Below, piece by piece: positions 35,668-36,051 of a stretch of DNA of 36,051 bases. The notes under the pieces are model-generated. The model had not been told where the DNA came from and did not search any database. It saw only the letters and a list, made by a program, of their open reading frames with translations. The stretch lies in the sequence record KP791805.1; one strand, written 5' to 3'. Origin of the DNA: Enterobacter phage E-2. The translations under genes and the position numbers were made by a program. Within the stretch, counting starts at the first letter, position 1; every line of letters starts with the position of its first letter.

Positions 35668-36051
35668 ACGATAGCGCCAGCAGCTTCTGGACGCAGACCA
35701 CCGTGACCCATCGCATATTTAGCGATAATCTGGTCAGCCTGATAGTTAGCACGACGAGCGCGCTCCAGAGCCAAGTCTTTCAGTTTGACCGTACCAACCG
35801 CAGAGCGGTGCTGGAACAGGCCAACAACGTTATCCAGAGCAACCTTAACGGTAGCGCTAGAAGTCGCCGGGAAAGCGTGCTTCTGGTCAGCCGGGGCATC
35901 CTCACGGGTATCACCAGCGCCACCAGCGGTCAGGTGCGGAACCTCAACCACTTCGAAGCCCATCACGTTGCGGATAGTACCGCGCTCAGGGTCGAGCAGT
36001 GCCTGATAGTTTGCAGCGTTCGGCATCAGGGCAGCCAGAATCGCAGAGTAG
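35643..36051 (-). CDS. gp10A: Major capsid protein 10A, C-terminal part (runs off the window end and continues in frame at 638..1)
   Basis: ...YSAILAALMPNAANYQALLDPERGTIRNVMGFEVVEVPHLTAGGAG...RRANYQADQIIAKYAMGHGGLRPEAAGAIVLPKTSKA versus T7 ...SYSAILAALMPNAANYAALIDPEKGSIRNVMGFEVVEVPHLTAGGAG...RRANFQADQIIAKYAMGHGGLRPEAAGAVVF. Confidence 0.95.
   Translation of the reverse strand, partial: YSAILAALMPNAANYQALLDPERGTIRNVMGFEVVEVPHLTAGGAGDTREDAPADQKHAFPATSSATVKVALDNVVGLFQHRSAVGTVKLKDLALERARRANYQADQIIAKYAMGHGGLRPEAAGAIVLPKTSKA

Overview
The whole 36,051-bp window reads as one T7-group podophage genome of the T3 type (Autographiviridae, T3 / phiYeO3-12-like). It is presented as the reverse complement, so every gene lies on the minus strand, and it is circularly permuted. 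The last codons of the window join the first codons in frame inside the major capsid gene 10A (...FYTTPDN|YSAILAALMPNAANY...). The window therefore looks like a closed circular assembly opened inside gene 10.

The family assignment rests on three things. (1) There are fifteen copies of the T3 RNA polymerase promoter 23-mer (AATTAACCCTCACTAAAGGGAGA on the coding strand, seen here as tctccctttagtgagggttaatt). (2) The canonical T7/T3 gene order is collinear from gene 1 to gene 19.5. (3) Protein translations match remembered T7/T3 proteins: RNAP, ligase, gp2.5, endo I, lysozyme, gp4, gp5, gp6, gp8-gp19. No database search was possible.

Reading the minus strand from high to low coordinates the order is: 10A C-terminus/10B, Tphi, 11, 12, 13-16, 17, 17.5, 18, 18.5/18.7, 19, 19.5, terminal-repeat/concatemer-junction region, E. 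coli-type early promoters A1-A3, gene 1, 1.05, 1.1, 1.2, an HNH endonuclease, 1.3, TE, 1.5?, 1.6, 1.7, 1.8, 2, 2.5, 3, 3.5, small ORF, 4A/4B, 4.3, 4.5, 5, 5.5, 5.7, 5.9, 6, 6.3, 6.5, 6.7, 7.3, 8, 9, 10A N-terminus.

Three departures from a textbook T3/T7 genome stand out:
- The class I early genes 0.3-0.7 (Ocr/SAMase, protein kinase) are absent. Gene 1 sits directly behind A1-A3 and an R0.3-like RNase III site, with a 2x15-bp tandem duplication at the junction.
- The tail fiber gp17 is chimeric. It has a T7-like N-terminal anchor, a 21-bp/7-aa tandem-repeat stalk, and a C-terminal S74-type self-cleaving intramolecular chaperone domain (SDRRLKEDI motif).
- A free-standing HNH endonuclease gene sits between 1.2 and the ligase.

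No tRNA, rRNA, CRISPR array or transposon was seen.
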